From the NCBI GenBank assembly GCA_035221665.1, contig CM069148.1:25978001-26042000 (forward strand): DNA of 64,000 nucleotides. Direction: 5' to 3'. Position 1 is the stretch's first letter. Each line of letters opens with the position of its first letter. The notes beneath the pieces were generated by a model. It did no database searches and was not told the origin of the DNA. It saw nothing but the letters and a program-made list of their open reading frames with translations. The position numbers and the translations under genes are program-made. The DNA comes from Okamejei kenojei (Eukaryota). This document shows positions 37,000 to 50,280 of this stretch, one piece after another.

Positions 37000-38297
37000 T
37001 AGTAAATATGATGTATAAGTAACAATGTTACAAAATGTTAAGATTTTAAAAATCAAGTCTGCAATTTATCCCATCAGATAAAGCAAAAAAGAAGTTTAAT
37101 TTGACACCTAATTCACTTTTACATCTTCAGTATTAAAAATGTTATGGCCATTTTCATACTCGGAAATTAGCAACTTGTTCCCTATTGCTTTTCCATTGAC
37201 TTAACAGAAAAGCTGTGATGGAGGACAGTCAAAAGCCCATAACTTTGTTAAAAATCAAGAGAACTGAATTAAATTTTCAGTTATTATAGATTGAAGCATT
37301 CTGAAACAAATATAAAACATCTTACTTGGATGACCTGAAATTAAAGCATATAATTAGTTAATTACAAAATTGACCGTTGTGACCGAAATAGTAGTAAACA
37401 CCCAGACTGCCTTGAAAATTCAAAAATGTGATATTCTCATGATCAGAACATTAATATTATTGTATTATATCCTGTAAATCCATAACAGATAGGTAAATAA
37501 ATTACAATTTCTAGCAATAGACCAAGTATTTATCGAGAAGATCAGTTGCTAGCTGGTACATCGGCATATCATAATCAGTAGCATCATCATACTCCTCAGA
37601 TTGTAACCAATAAGCAACTCTGTACATTAACTTCAAATTATTGTTTTTCCTCAACTTTTCAATTTTGGCATTGTAAACTACAAGGCATGCCTTTCTGCCC
37701 ACTACTTTCCCATTAACAATGTCCTGTAGATTAAATTTCTTAAGAAAAGGATATATTTTTTTAAATAGCCTAAGTATCCAAATAACAAACCAATCCCATT
37801 CCCTCAAGAATTCACAATATAACATGATTTTTAAATCTCACTGTCATGAATTTATATCCCAGATGGAAGGAATTTAATGTTTTATTCCCATAAATTAATC
37901 TAGAAACATCCACCCAAAATATAATCAAATTATTGTTTTTTGCACAATACATGTGACTCAAACTGTTGTGAATATTCAGTTTAAAAATAATGATCATGGA
38001 GAGAGAGAATAAGACAAAATTTAGACAATTTAGACGGCTTGTCTCCAAAAATAATGGGCATTTTAATAATCTTACTTCTGGAACGCTATCGATTGGAACG
38101 TTGCATTTGTGGTGAATTTGAACCCCATATCGGCAGGAAAAACACTGCCGGTTCGTATGGGGCCAAAATCACATTTTCACAAATGAAAATTAGATTAAAG
38201 CCATCCCAAGAAACAAGTTTATATGTAAAATAAACGACTTACATTATGTTTTGTCCCCTTCATGCGATCCGTCCCGTTGTAGGCATTGAGGGTGTTT
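37000..38297 (-). mobile_element. Unclassified DNA element, copy 1 (truncated by Penelope)
   Basis: High similarity to 44990-45650 + 47304-47465 (AGATTTTAAAAATCAAGTCTGCAATTTA...; GGCAGGAAAAACACTGCCGGTTC); carries ~360 extra bp including a coding remnant. Confidence 0.75.
37511..37735 (-). pseudogene. Coding remnant inside the unclassified element; possible Spindlin/Tudor-like C-terminal domain
   Basis: VVGRK..VYNAKIEKL..MYRVAYW..EEYDDATDYDMPMYQLATDLLDKYLVYC*; protein-like composition; family resemblance judged by eye only. Confidence 0.4.
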
Positions 38298-40182
38298 GAG
38301 CAGTTGACACCTGGAACAGTGGATGAGGTTGGAGGAGGTGCAGGTGAACCTCTGCCTCACCTGGAAAGACTGCTTGGGTCCTTGGATGGAGCTGAGGGAG
38401 GAGGTAAAGCGACAGGTGTAGCATTTCCTGCGGTTGCAAGTGAAAATACCAGGGGAGGGGGTGGTTTGGGTGGGAAGGGACGAATTGAGACCCATTGTTT
38501 CTGCTTGTTCTTGTCCCACCTAACCCATTTCCACATACCTCGACTCCATCCTATCCCCCCTGGCCAAATTCCTCCCTACCTATGTCCACAACACCTCACA
38601 CGCTCTTCGTCTCCTCCATGACTTCCGTTTTCCAGGCCACCACTCCTTCATCTTCACTATGAATGTCCAGTCACTCTACACCTCCATCCCCCACTAGGAG
38701 GGTCTTAAAGCCCTCCGTTTCTTCCTCGACTGCAGAACCAACCAATCCCCGTCTACAAATACTCTCCTCCGCCTAGCAGAGTTGGTCCTCACCTTCAACA
38801 ACGTTTCCTTTGACTCCTCCCATTTCCTCCAGTCCAATGGCGTAGCTATGGGCACGCGCATGGGCCCCATAGTTGTAGTGTCGGATACGTGGAACAATCC
38901 TTATTCAAGGCACAATCCCCGCTCTACCTCTGCTACATTGATGACTGCATTGGTGCTACCTCCTGCACCCATGCAGAATTCACTGACATCATCCATTTCA
39001 TCACTAACTTCCAATCGGCACTCAAATTCACCTGGACATTTCCGACATCTCCCTACCGTTTCTAGACCTCACTATCTCCATCGCAGGTAGCAAACTACTG
39101 ACCGACATCTACAATAAACCCACTGACTCCCATAGCTTTCTGGGCTACACTTCTTCCCACTGTGCTTCCTGTAAGGACAGGACTCCATCCCCTACTCTCA
39201 ATTCCTCTGTCTATGCCGCATCTGCACCCAGGATGAGGTGTTCCACACCAGGGCATCGGAGATGTCCCCATTCTTTAGGGAATGGCGGTTCCCCTCATCT
39301 ACTATAGATGAGGCTATCACCAGGGTCTCCTCTATATCCCGCAGCTCCGCTCTCACTCCCCATCCTCCAACTCGTAACAAGGACAGAGACCCCCTTGTCC
39401 TCACCTTCCACCCTACCAGCCGTCACATACAACAAATAATCCTCCGACATTTTCGCCACCTCCAACGGGATCCCACAACTGGCCACGTCTTCCCATCACC
39501 TTTCTGCTTTTCGCAGAGACCGTTCTCTCCGTAACTCCCTGGTCAATTCATCCCTTCCCACCCAAACCACCCCCTTCCCTGGTACTTTCCCTTGCAACCG
39601 CAGGAAATGCTACATTTGTCGCTTTACCTCTCCCCTCGGCTCCATCCTAGGACCTAAGCAGTCTTTCCAGGTTAGGCAGAGGTTCACCTGCACCTCCCTG
39701 AACCTCATCTACTGCATCCGCTGTTCCAGGTGTCAACTGCTCTACATCGGTGAGACCAAGCGTAGGCTTGGCGATCACTTCGCCCAACACCTCTTTCAGT
39801 TCGCAATAACCAACCTGATATCCCGGTGCCTCAGCACTTCAACTCCCCCTTCCATTCCAAATCTGACCTTTCTGTCCTGCGCCTCCTCCATGGCCTGAGT
39901 GAGTCCCACCGCAAATTAGAGGAACAGCACTTCATTTTGCTTGGGTAGTTTACACCCCAGCGGTATGAACATTGACTTCTCCAATTTCAGGTAATCCTTG
40001 CTTTCTCCTTCCTTCCCCTCCCCTTCCCAACTCTCCCACAGCCCACTGTCTCCACCTCTTCCTTTCTTCTTCCCGCTCCCCTCCCCCCCAACATCAGTCT
40101 GAAGAATGGTCTCGACCTGAAACGTCACCTATCCCTTCGCTCCTTACCCGCTAAAGTTTCTCCAGCATTTTTGTCTACCTTC
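38298..40182 (+). mobile_element. Penelope-like element (Neptune-type): decayed RT + Cys linker + GIY-YIG, with an inverted 5' segment
   Basis: PIVSACSCPT, FTMNVQSLYTSIP, GVAMGTRMGP, YIDDC, FPCNRRKCYIC, IYCIRCSRCQLLYIGETKR; terminal repeat with hammerhead-like core at 40099-40126; 38298-38488 is an inverted copy of ~39544-39743. Confidence 0.9.
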
Positions 40183-40224
40183 AACTCTTCTGAAATAATC
40201 ACTTTATTCTTTTGATAGTGTGAT

Positions 40225-40715
40225 TGAGTTATAGAGCACAGAAACATGCCCTTTTGCCAACTCAATCACGGTGACCAATGTGCCTGTCTGAGCTAGTCTC
40301 TTTTGCTTGTGTTTGCCTAATATCCCTCTAAAACTTTCCTATCTATGTTCTTATGCAGTACCTTTTAAGCATAACCTTTAATCCTGGGAAAAGTACAGTA
40401 TGTTCCTTATGATTTTATAAAACTCTATAAGGTCACTCCTTAGCCTTCTTTGCTGCAGAAATAAAAAGTCCCAGCCTATCCAGCCACTCTTTATAACTCA
40501 AACCCAGTTCAGGTAACATTTCAGTGAATCTTTTCTGAACCCTCACTAGCTTAATGGCATCCTTCCCACAATATGGTGATCAGAACCTCACACAATACTC
40601 CAGGTGCAGTCTCGCTTACATTTGTACAGCTGTAACTTGATGTCCCAATTCTTGTACTCAATGCCCTGTCTGATGAAGGCAAGTGTGCCATAAGTCTTCT
40701 TCACAACTCTGTCTA
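40225..40715 (-). mobile_element. Old CR1 fragment
   Basis: Reverse complement shows LHLEYCVRF*SP codons and the CR1 3' UTR. Confidence 0.6.
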
Positions 40716-40821
40716 CTAACAGTTTGGAGCTTCCCCAGGGACTTTTTCAGTTGTGAGTTCTGCTGTGAATTTCACACATGCTTGTGGATGAATCTTAAGG
40801 GCCACTTTTCAACATAATTGT

Positions 40822-43773
40822 AAAAGGGCCAAGAGTGTTGTGAAAACAAGCCTGAAGGCTTTGTGTCTCAATGCGAGGAGCATTCGTAATAAGGTGGATG
40901 AGTTGAATGTGCAGATAGCTATTAATAATTATGATATAGTTGGGATCACGGAGACATGGCTCCAGGGTGACCAAGGCTGGGAGCTGAACATCCAGGGATA
41001 TTCAATATTCAGGAAGGATAGATAGAGAGGAAAAGGAGGTGGGGGTAGCATTGCTGGTTAGAGAGGAGATTAACGCAATTGAAAGGAATGACATTAGCTT
41101 GGAGGATGTGGAATCGATATGGGTGGAGCTGCGAAACACTAAGGGGCAGAAAACGCTAGTGGGTGTTGTGTACAGGCCACCTAACAGTAGTAGTGGAGTT
41201 GGGGATGGCATCAAACAGGAAATTAGAAATGCTTGCAACGAAGGTAAAACCGTTATAATGGGTGACTTCAATCTACATATAGATTGGGTGAATCAAATTG
41301 GCAGGGGTGCTGAGGAAGAGGATTTCTTGGAATGTATGCGGGATAGTTTTCTAAATCAACATGTGGAGGAACCAACGAGAGAGCAGGCTATTCTAGACTG
41401 GATATTGAGTAATGAGGAAGGGTTAGTTAGCAGCCTTGTTTGTACGTGGCCCCTTGGGCAAGAGTGACCATAATATGGTTGAGTTTTTCATTAGGATGGA
41501 GAGTGACATTGATTAATTCAGAAAACACGGGTCCTGAACTTAAAGAAAGGTAACTTTGAGGGTATGAGACGTGAATTGGCCAAGCTGGACTGGCAATTGA
41601 TTCTTGAAGGGTTGACGGTGGATATGCAATGGAAGGCATTTAAAGACTGCATGGATGAACTACAACAATTGTTCATCCCAGTATGGCAAAAGAATAAATC
41701 AGGGAAGGTGGCGCATCCGTGAATAACAAGGGAAATCAGGGATAGTATCAAAGAAAAAGATGAAGCGTACAAATTAGCCAGAAAAAGCAGCCTACCAGGG
41801 GACTGGGAGAAATTCAGAGACCAACAGAGGAGGACAAAGGGCTTAATTAGGAAAGGGAAAATGGAGTATGAAAGAAAACTGGCAGGAAACATAAAAAACT
41901 GACGGCAAAAGTTTTTATCGATATGTGAAGCGTAAAAGATTAGTTAAAACAAATGTAGGTCCCTTGCAGTCAGAAATGGGTGAATTGATCATGGGGAACA
42001 AGGACATGGCAGACCAATTGAATAACTACTTTGGTTCTGTCTTCACTAAGGAAGACATAAATAATTTGTCGGAAATAGCAGGGGATCGCGGGTCAAATGA
42101 GATGGAGGAAATGAGTGAAATCCAGGTTAGCCGGAAAGTGGTGTTGGGTAAATTGAATGGATTAAAGGCCGATAAATCCACAGGGCCAGATAGGCTGCAT
42201 CCCAGGGTACTTAAGGAAGTAGCCCCAGAAATAGCAGATGCCTTAGTGATAATTTTTCAAAAATTCTTTAGATTCTGGAGTAGTTCCTGAGGATTGGAGG
42301 GTAGCTAATGTAACCCCACTTTTTATAAAGGGAGGGAGAGAGAAAATGGGGAATTACAGACCAGTTAGTCTAACATCGGTAGTGGGGAAAACTGCTAGAG
42401 TCAATTATTAAAGATGGATAGCAGCGCATTTGGAAAGTGGGTGAAATCATTGGACAAAGTCAGCATGGATTTACGAAGGGTAAATCATGTCTGACGAATC
42501 TTATTGAATTTTTTGAGGATGTAACTAGTAGAGTGGATAAGGGAGAAGCAGTGGATGTGTTGTATCTGGACTTTCAGAAGGCTTTCGACAAGGTCCCACA
42601 CAAGAGATTGGTATACAAACTGAAAGCACACGGTATTGGTGGTTCAGTATTGATGTGGATAGAGAACTGGCTGGCAGACAGGAAGCAAAGAGTAGGAGTG
42701 AACGGGTCCTTTTCAGGATGGCAGACAGTGAATAGTGGGGTGCTGCAAGGCTCAGTGCTGGGACCCCAGCTATTTACAATTTACATTAATGATTTGGACG
42801 AGGGAATTAAATGCAACATCTCGAAGTTTGCGGATGACACAAAGCTGGGGGGCAGTGTTAGCTGTGAGGAGGATGCTAGGAGGCTGCAGGATGACTTGGA
42901 TAGACTGGATGAGTGGGCAAATGCATGGCAGATGCAGTATAATGTGGATAAATGTGAGGTTATCCACTTTGGTGGTAAAAACAGGAAGGTAGACTATTAT
43001 TTGAATGGTGACCGATTAGGAAAAGGGGAGATGCAGCGAGACCTGGGTGTCATGGTACACCAGTCATTGAAAGTAGGCATGCAGGTGCAGCAGGCTGTGA
43101 AAAAGAAAGCGAATGGTATGTTGGCATTCATAGCATAAAGGATTTGAGTACAAGAGCAGGGAGGTTCTACTGCAGTTGTGCAGGGTCTTGGTGAGGCCAC
43201 ACCTGGAGTATTGCATACAGTTTTGGTCTCCTAATCTGAGGAAAGACATTCTTGCCATAGAAGGAGTACAGAGAAGGTTCACCAGACTGATTCCTGGGGA
43301 TGGCACGACTTCCATATGAAGAAAAGACTGGATAGACTTGGCTTGTACCCGCTGGAACTTAGAAGATTAAGGGGTGATCTCATAGAGACTTACAAAAATT
43401 CTTAAAGGGGTTGGACAGGGCTAGATGCAGGAAGATTGTTCGCGATGTTGGGGAAGTCCAGGACAAGGGGGGGTCACAGTTTAAGAATAAGGGGGAAGTC
43501 TTTTAGGACCGAGATGAGAAAATCGTTTTTCACACAGAGAGTGGTGAATCTGTGGAATTCTCTGCCACAGAAGGTAGTTGAGGCCAGTTCGTTGGCCATA
43601 TTTAAGAGGGAGTTGGATGTGGCCCTTGTGGCTGAAGGGATCAGGGGGTATGGAGAGAAGGCAGGTACAGGATACTGAGTTGGATGATCAGCCATGAACA
43701 TATTGAATGGCGGTGCAGGCTCGAAGGGCCGAATGGCCTGCTCCTGCACCTAATTTCTATGTTTCTATGTTTC
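40822..43773 (+). pseudogene. CR1 ORF2 (APE + RT), essentially complete, broken mostly by single-base indels
   Basis: LKALCLNARSIRNK, GITETWL, VVYRPP, GDFN, QHGFTKGKSCLTNL, YLDFQKAFDKVPH, FADDTKL, LWNSLP; (TTTCTATG)n tail. Confidence 0.95.
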
Positions 43774-44984
43774 AAGAAAGCTAGCAACAGCAGCCTGACA
43801 GAAGAAAATCCGTGGATGGACCGTGAATGGAATGCGGAGATTTGCTTCAATTGGGCAGGTTTCCAAAGGAACTTGAGTCTTAAACCATATTTCATCACTT
43901 CTGGGCAGAAATTGAGCATTCCTTCTTCTCAAGCGCCAGTAGGAATTCAAGACCAAAGACGCTATTGAACCATTACAAACAGCCAAATGCCAACTCTCTG
44001 TACTGTCACTTCACTCCACGAGCTTAAAGAGAGGAAAGACGCCGTCTGTGGGAAGAGCGATTGCATGGTCATTGTGGACAGTACTGTGCCAACACTACGA
44101 GGAAGCTATTTCAGACCATGTAGTCATGACATTATCTTTCTGACTTGTGAGACTTAAAAAAAAAAATTCTAATTACCAGCATTAATGTACTCCTTCCCAA
44201 CCATTTGACACACAAAGATAACTTCAATAATAGATCATTTAACTTATTGGTAACAGTACATGCAGTATTTTTTTTAAGTTATCACAACAATATTTAGGGC
44301 ACGATGGTGTATTCTGTTGACCAGCATCTCCCGGACAAGCACAGAATCACCATAAGACACGTCAGAAATAATTCACTTGAAGCTTAAATATTTGCATGAC
44401 AACAGATGCAAACCCTGCTGTATCTTGAACAAGTTTTGTTTGCTTAAGTGTAATTCATAATTCGGAATGGGAGGGGGAGTTGAAGTGCTGAGCCACCGGG
44501 AGATCAGATTGGATATGGCGAACTGAGTTGTTGTTGGCTCGTATTTGGGCATTTGGGTTTATACCACTATTAAATTAGCATTTTATGTTGTCAGAATCTA
44601 AGGCAACAACATAAAAATCCCTGATTGAATATTTACTACCGAGTACATTACCTGAACAACGTCTAATCATTCTTCTTGGTATGTTGGTTACTGATGAGTA
44701 TAGAATAGCTACAGATTATACAAATGAAGAAAAACCTTGGATGCCTCTGTGGGTAGATAGGCAGATATCAACTAATTGGGGTCAAGGAAAGAGCATTCAC
44801 GTCGCATCCCTGTTTACACTAAACCTTCCACCACCACGCACAAGAAGCACAAGAAGCGCAAGACAGACATCATTGTATGCAGATGCCGAGAAGTGTGTTC
44901 AGCTCTGGCTGAACAACTTCTAATCTTATGTGGACTCGATAAGAAAAATAATCAACTAATTTGAAGTTCTAACATTACTTGCCA

Positions 44985-47706
44985 TAGTACACAATTTTGA
45001 GATTTTAAAAATCAAGTCTGCAATTTACCCATCAGATAAAGCATAAAAAGAAGTCTAATTTAACACCTAATACACTTTCATATCTTCAGTATTAAAAAAG
45101 TTATGGCCATTTTCATACTCGGAAATTAGCATCTTGTTCCCTATTGCTTTTCCATTGACTTAGCACAAAAGCTGTGATCGAGGACAGTCAAAAGCCCATA
45201 ATTTTCTTAAAAATTAAGAGAACTGAAATAAATGTTCAGTTTATTATAGATTGTTTCATAACAAATTGTTTCAGAATGAAAACTTCAATCTTACTTGGAT
45301 GACCTGAAATTAAAGCATATAATTAGTTAGTTACCTAATTGTAGCTAATTACAAAATTCAATTACTAGATCTCAACATCTATCCATTTCTTAAGAAAAAG
45401 ATTAACATTTTTAAATAGCCTAAGTGTCCAAATAACATTCACACAAGAATACACAATATAACATGATTTTTAAATCTCATTGTCATGAATTTATAGGCCA
45501 AATGGAAGGAAGTTAGTGTTTAATTCCCGTAAATTAATGGCCATTTAAATCATCTTGCGAGTGGGATTTTGTGGAAACGCGATCGATTGGAACGATTGGA
45601 ACGTTGCGGTTTTTTGCGGTGAATTTATACCTCATATAGGCAGGAAAAACGCATTTTACGCACGCTTTGATAGGGAGAACACCGATGTGCCTTCCCGAGC
45701 CCCCATTCGCTGTGATGGTATTTCAGTCTCAGTCACAGAGGCCGACGTCAGGAAATCCTTCAGAGGGGTGAAACCCTTGAAAGGAGTCTGGACCTGATGG
45801 CATACCTGGTCGTGTTCTAAAAAACCTGTGCGGACCAACTGGCTGGAGTTTTTACGGACATTTTCAACCTGTCACTTCTGAGGTCTGAGGTTCCCACCTG
45901 CTTCAAAAGGGCATTAATAATACCGGTGCCCAAGAAGAGCAAGGTGACGTGCCTCAATGACTATCGACCTGTGGCACTAACACCTGTGGTGATGAAGTGC
46001 TTCGAGAGGTTGATCATGGCGCAAATCAACTCCTACCTCGACAAAAACCTGGACCCACTGCAGTTCGCTTACCGCCACAACAGATCAACGGTGGACGCGA
46101 TCTCGCTGGCCCTCACTCCGCTCTGGACCACTTGGACAACAAAAACTCATATGTCAGGCTGTTATTCATTGACTACAGCTCGGCATTTAACACATCATCC
46201 CCTCAAGCTGGTTACCCAACTCGCAGAACTGGGTCTCGCGCATCCCTCTGCAATTGGATCCTCGACTTCCTCATCACAGACCACAGTCTGTTCGTATTGG
46301 TGGAAATGTGTCAGACTCGATAAACCAATCAGACGGGGCACCTCAAGGCTGCGTGCTCAGCCCCCTGCTGCTGTACTCACTCTATACTCATGACTGTGTA
46401 GAGAGTCACAGTGCGAAACTCCATCATCAAGTTCGCTGACAACGCACTGTTGTGGGTGTATCACTGATGGGGATGAGTCAGAGTATAGAAGAGAGATCGA
46501 GCGACTGTCCATATGGTGCCAGCACAACAACCTGGCCCTCAACATCAGCAAAACCAAGGAACAGATTGTGGACTTTGGAAGGAGTAGTATGGGGACCCAC
46601 AGTCCTGTTATATCAACGGTTCGATGGTTGAAATGGGTCAAGAGCTTCAAATTCCTGGGCGTGCACATCTGTGAAGATCTTTCCTGGTCCGAGAACATGG
46701 ATGCAATTATTAAGAAAGTCATCAGCGCCTCTATTCCTGAGAAGATTACGGAGAGTCGGTCTGTCAAGGAGGGACTCTCTCTAACTTCTACAGGTGCACA
46801 GTAGAGAGCTTGCTGACCGGTTGCATCGTGGCTTGGTTTAGAGCAACTTGAGTGGCCTGGATAGGGAAAAGACTACAAAAAGTAGTAACACTGCCCAGTC
46901 CATTATCGGCTCTGACCTTCCTTCCATCAAGGGGATCTACCACAGTCGCTGCCTCAAAAAGGCTGGCAGCATCATCAAGGACCCACACCACCCTGGCCAC
47001 ACACTCATTTCCCTGCTACCTTCGGGTAGAAGGTACAGGAGCCCTGAGAACTGCAAACGTCCCGGTTCAGGAATAGCTAATTCCCCACAGCCATCAGACT
47101 ATTAAACTTGGCTCGGACAAAACTCTGAACATTAATACCCCTCCACCTGTTATTTGCACTTTATTAACTAATTAATTAATGTGTGTATTTACGTATATAA
47201 TTGTAGTCAATGCCTACTATGTTCTGTTGTGCTATGCAAAGAAAGAATTTAATTGTCCTGTCAGGGACACATGACAATAAACTCTTTTGACTTGACTTGA
47301 CTTGAAAAACACTGCCGGTTCATATGGGGCCTAAATCACATTTTCGCATTGTTAAATTTTAGATTAAGGTATTCCTAAGCAGCACGTTTATATGTAAAAT
47401 AAATGGCTTACCTTTAGCTGTCCCGTATGTGTGATCCGTACCGTTGTTGGCGTTGATGGCATTAGAAGTGGATTTTTATTTTACTCGAGCGCTGAAATAG
47501 TCCCGTGGTTTTTAAAAAAAAATTTGCAGAACGGCAGTCGGAACAAATCTTCAGCATTAGCTAGCACCCCGAGAAAATATATCTCGGACAGGCCGGAGAA
47601 AACCGCATTTTAACCCCGCCCCCCCTCCCTCAAAGGCGCCAAAGTCGCGCACACGGCCAGTGGCAGATCTGCAGCGCCGCTGAAGGTAAGTTTTGTAACA
47701 TACCTA
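44985..47706 (-). mobile_element. Unclassified DNA element, copy 2 (internally deleted, interrupted by Rex1/Babar)
   Basis: Homologous to 37030-38297; right end TTTTGTAACATACCTA; GCCATAGTA repeated at 44981-44989 and 47707-47715. Confidence 0.75.
45651..47303 (+). mobile_element. 5'-truncated Rex1/Babar LINE
   Basis: [43 protein letters not shown]; (CTTGA)n tail; 7-bp TSD GAAAAAC at 45644-45650 and 47304-47310. Confidence 0.92.
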
Positions 47707-48529
47707 GCCATAGTAACCGTGGATCCTCATCGAGGAGTTGCAGAGAGTACACAGAACAGAGGGTATTCCTCCGAGAGCCTGCAGAGCAAATTTGTCAAAA
47801 TAATAGTTACATTAAATAAAAGGATAATGATACAAATTAAAACAGAAGTATAATATACAGTACTAGTGAAATAAGCACGTTAACCTGAAATGGTTAAGCT
47901 CCGTATTAGGTCCTGAACGTTGTAATGTGCCTAATTTGAAGATGAGGTACTGTTCTTCAAGCCTACTCTGGGTATCATTGGAACAATAGTGTAAGGATGG
48001 AGTACACAGTTAATGGCACGACCATTAACAGCATTGATGTGCAGAGGGATATTGGAGTCCAAGTTCAAAGCTCACTGAAGGTGATAGCACATGTAGATCT
48101 ACCTACCTACGTACTAACCAACCAACGAACACATTTGTTGGAGGAATAAGGAGGTCAAATAAATGAACATAACATTAAAGCACTGTTGTTAAACTTGCTG
48201 TTATTAAGATGCGTCGATAACTGGCAATCATAAAAAAACAGTGGTCTGAATACTTTCAGTGCAAATTTTATTTCTTGATTATTTCGAAAAATGAACCTAG
48301 CATCATCTCAATCCAATGGGTGCACTCCTGCAGGTAACCATCAATCTTTCTGCCCCTGAAACCATGAGAACATAATTACATCAATTTTCTTGATAGTTAT
48401 TCAGTGCACAATTATAGGACATCAACTTCACTGATGTAAATTAACAAGGTAAATCAAATCTTCAGCCAGAAGTAATCAAGAATGTCTTAAACATGAAAAG
48501 CAAGCAAATTCCCAGTGTGGGGACCCTCT

Positions 48530-48815
48530 TTTACAACAGGTAGGGAATCAAAAACCCATGTCATAGGAATTAAGGTGAAAGAGGGCAAGATTTAACTAGG
48601 AACCTGAAAGAGCCACTTTTCACTCTGAAGTTGTTGTAGTAAATGAAACCAGCTCGAAAGGTGTTGAGCAGGGTACCTTTAACAGTAGTTAAAGAGTTAC
48701 TGCACAAGGTAATGATAGGAAGGTTTAATGGGATTGGGCAAACAAATGCACAATTAGACTAACGTTAGGATGTGGCATCTTGGTCCAGCATGGACGAGTT
48801 GGGCTAAGGGCCTAT
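48530..48815 (+). mobile_element. Degenerate CR1 3' fragment
   Basis: Similar to the GGGAATCAAGAAC..TTAAGGTGA..AGATTTAATAGGAA and 3' UTR sequence of the CR1 at 61.3 kb. Confidence 0.55.
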
Positions 48816-49739
48816 TCTGAATTCATGGTCTAGTTTGCCGAGGGGACTCCACCCTGAGTGACAGCCCTTAAAACTGTAAAGTTCAGTACCAAAATATGTT
48901 TGAGATTGAGATTTTATTGCCAAAAGATGGTGCCAATGTGTGTGACCATCTCTCTCCTCCAAATTAACATCATAACTTATTGAGCTTTAGGGATGTTTCC
49001 TCACATTCTGCCAGTGGTTGCTAAGTGATAGCAGAAGGTTGCTAAATATTAAATGCAAGTATAACTAATCTTTATATAAATTGAGAAAGTAAAAATGTAA
49101 AAAAAAAAAAGTGACAGGGCAATAGGGAAGGGCATTGTGTGTAAAGTCAATGTAATGTACAGGGAAAGATTATCGTTTAGACCACAACCACCATACACAG
49201 AAGTTCTCCTTTTACATATGGACAAAGTCCAATCAGCAGCCGGCACAGATTTGGAGGAATGGGGGGAAGAAAACAAATAATGTAAATTGTTGCAGATCAG
49301 GGGCACACAAAAATGTTCTGATTAGGGAATGCAACGCACCAAGGTTTATGCAAGTTTCTATATATGGAGATAAATGGAATGTTTTATTTAAGTTCGAGTG
49401 TTGCATGTTGCATGGCGCTATAATTGCGATGTTAATTTGTTTTGTAAAACCTTTGTAACTATTTTTTTGAAGTGCAAAGTTTGAGTGCCATTTTTTTCAC
49501 TTAGAAGAGCAAAGTTGCTGCCTTAAAGAAAATAATTGGTTAGGTGTGACATCTTCCCTCATTTACGAATTCTTCCAATACGTGTTGTTGCTTGGTGTGA
49601 AAATTTGGTCTGAATTACACTGCTGTGAAGCAAATGAAACTTCTGACCATGCTAAAGGCACTTGATAAATGTCAGTGGTTTTGGTCGTCCGTTTGTAATA
49701 GACCTAAACTGCAATTCTTGGATGGCAGGCTGCCAGCAA

Positions 49740-49990
49740 TAATAAGGAAAAACCTTTTCAATGCTGAGAGTTGTGGATTCTGTGGAATTCTCTGCCTCGG
49801 AGGCGGTGGGGGTGGAGGCTGGTTTCCTGGATGTGTTCAAGAGAGAGGTAGACAGACTCTAAAATAGCGGAGTCAAGGATATGGGGAAAGGTAGAATCGG
49901 GTACTGATTGTGGATGATCCGCCACGATCACATTGAATGCTGGTGCTGCTCGAGGGGGCGAATGGCCACTCCTCCTGCACCTATTGTCTT
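49740..49990 (+). mobile_element. CR1 3' fragment
   Basis: GAGAGTTGTG..TCTGTGGAATTCTCTGCC and 3' UTR ending CCTCCTGCACCTATTGTCT. Confidence 0.7.
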
Positions 49991-50177
49991 TTTACTTCCA
50001 ATGGCCAAGGTTTCCTCCAAATTCACCTAAATGCAAAACAAAACTAAGTACAATTTTACTCGTCATGTTTCAGCTTTGTTAAATGTTGGTAATGTTGCCA
50101 AGTTACGTTATATTCCAGTGGGCTCAGGTTGAAGCGCAGCAGAGATCCAAGTGTACCCAGCCGTTTTCCCCTCGCAG

Positions 50178-50280
50178 GGTGACCGGACACTGAGCGATAG
50201 ATTAAGGATGCTGCCAACACGTACGCCCACACCCATCATGCAGCTGGAGCATCTAAAGCAGTTTGTGACACAAGCACCAG
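50178..50280 (+). CDS. Candidate internal exon of an unidentified host gene
   Basis: Acceptor CCGTTTTCCCCTCGCAG, donor CAG|GTGAGG; only one frame is open (GDRTLSDRLRMLPTRTPTPIMQLEHLKQFVTQAP); no homology recognised. Confidence 0.3.
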
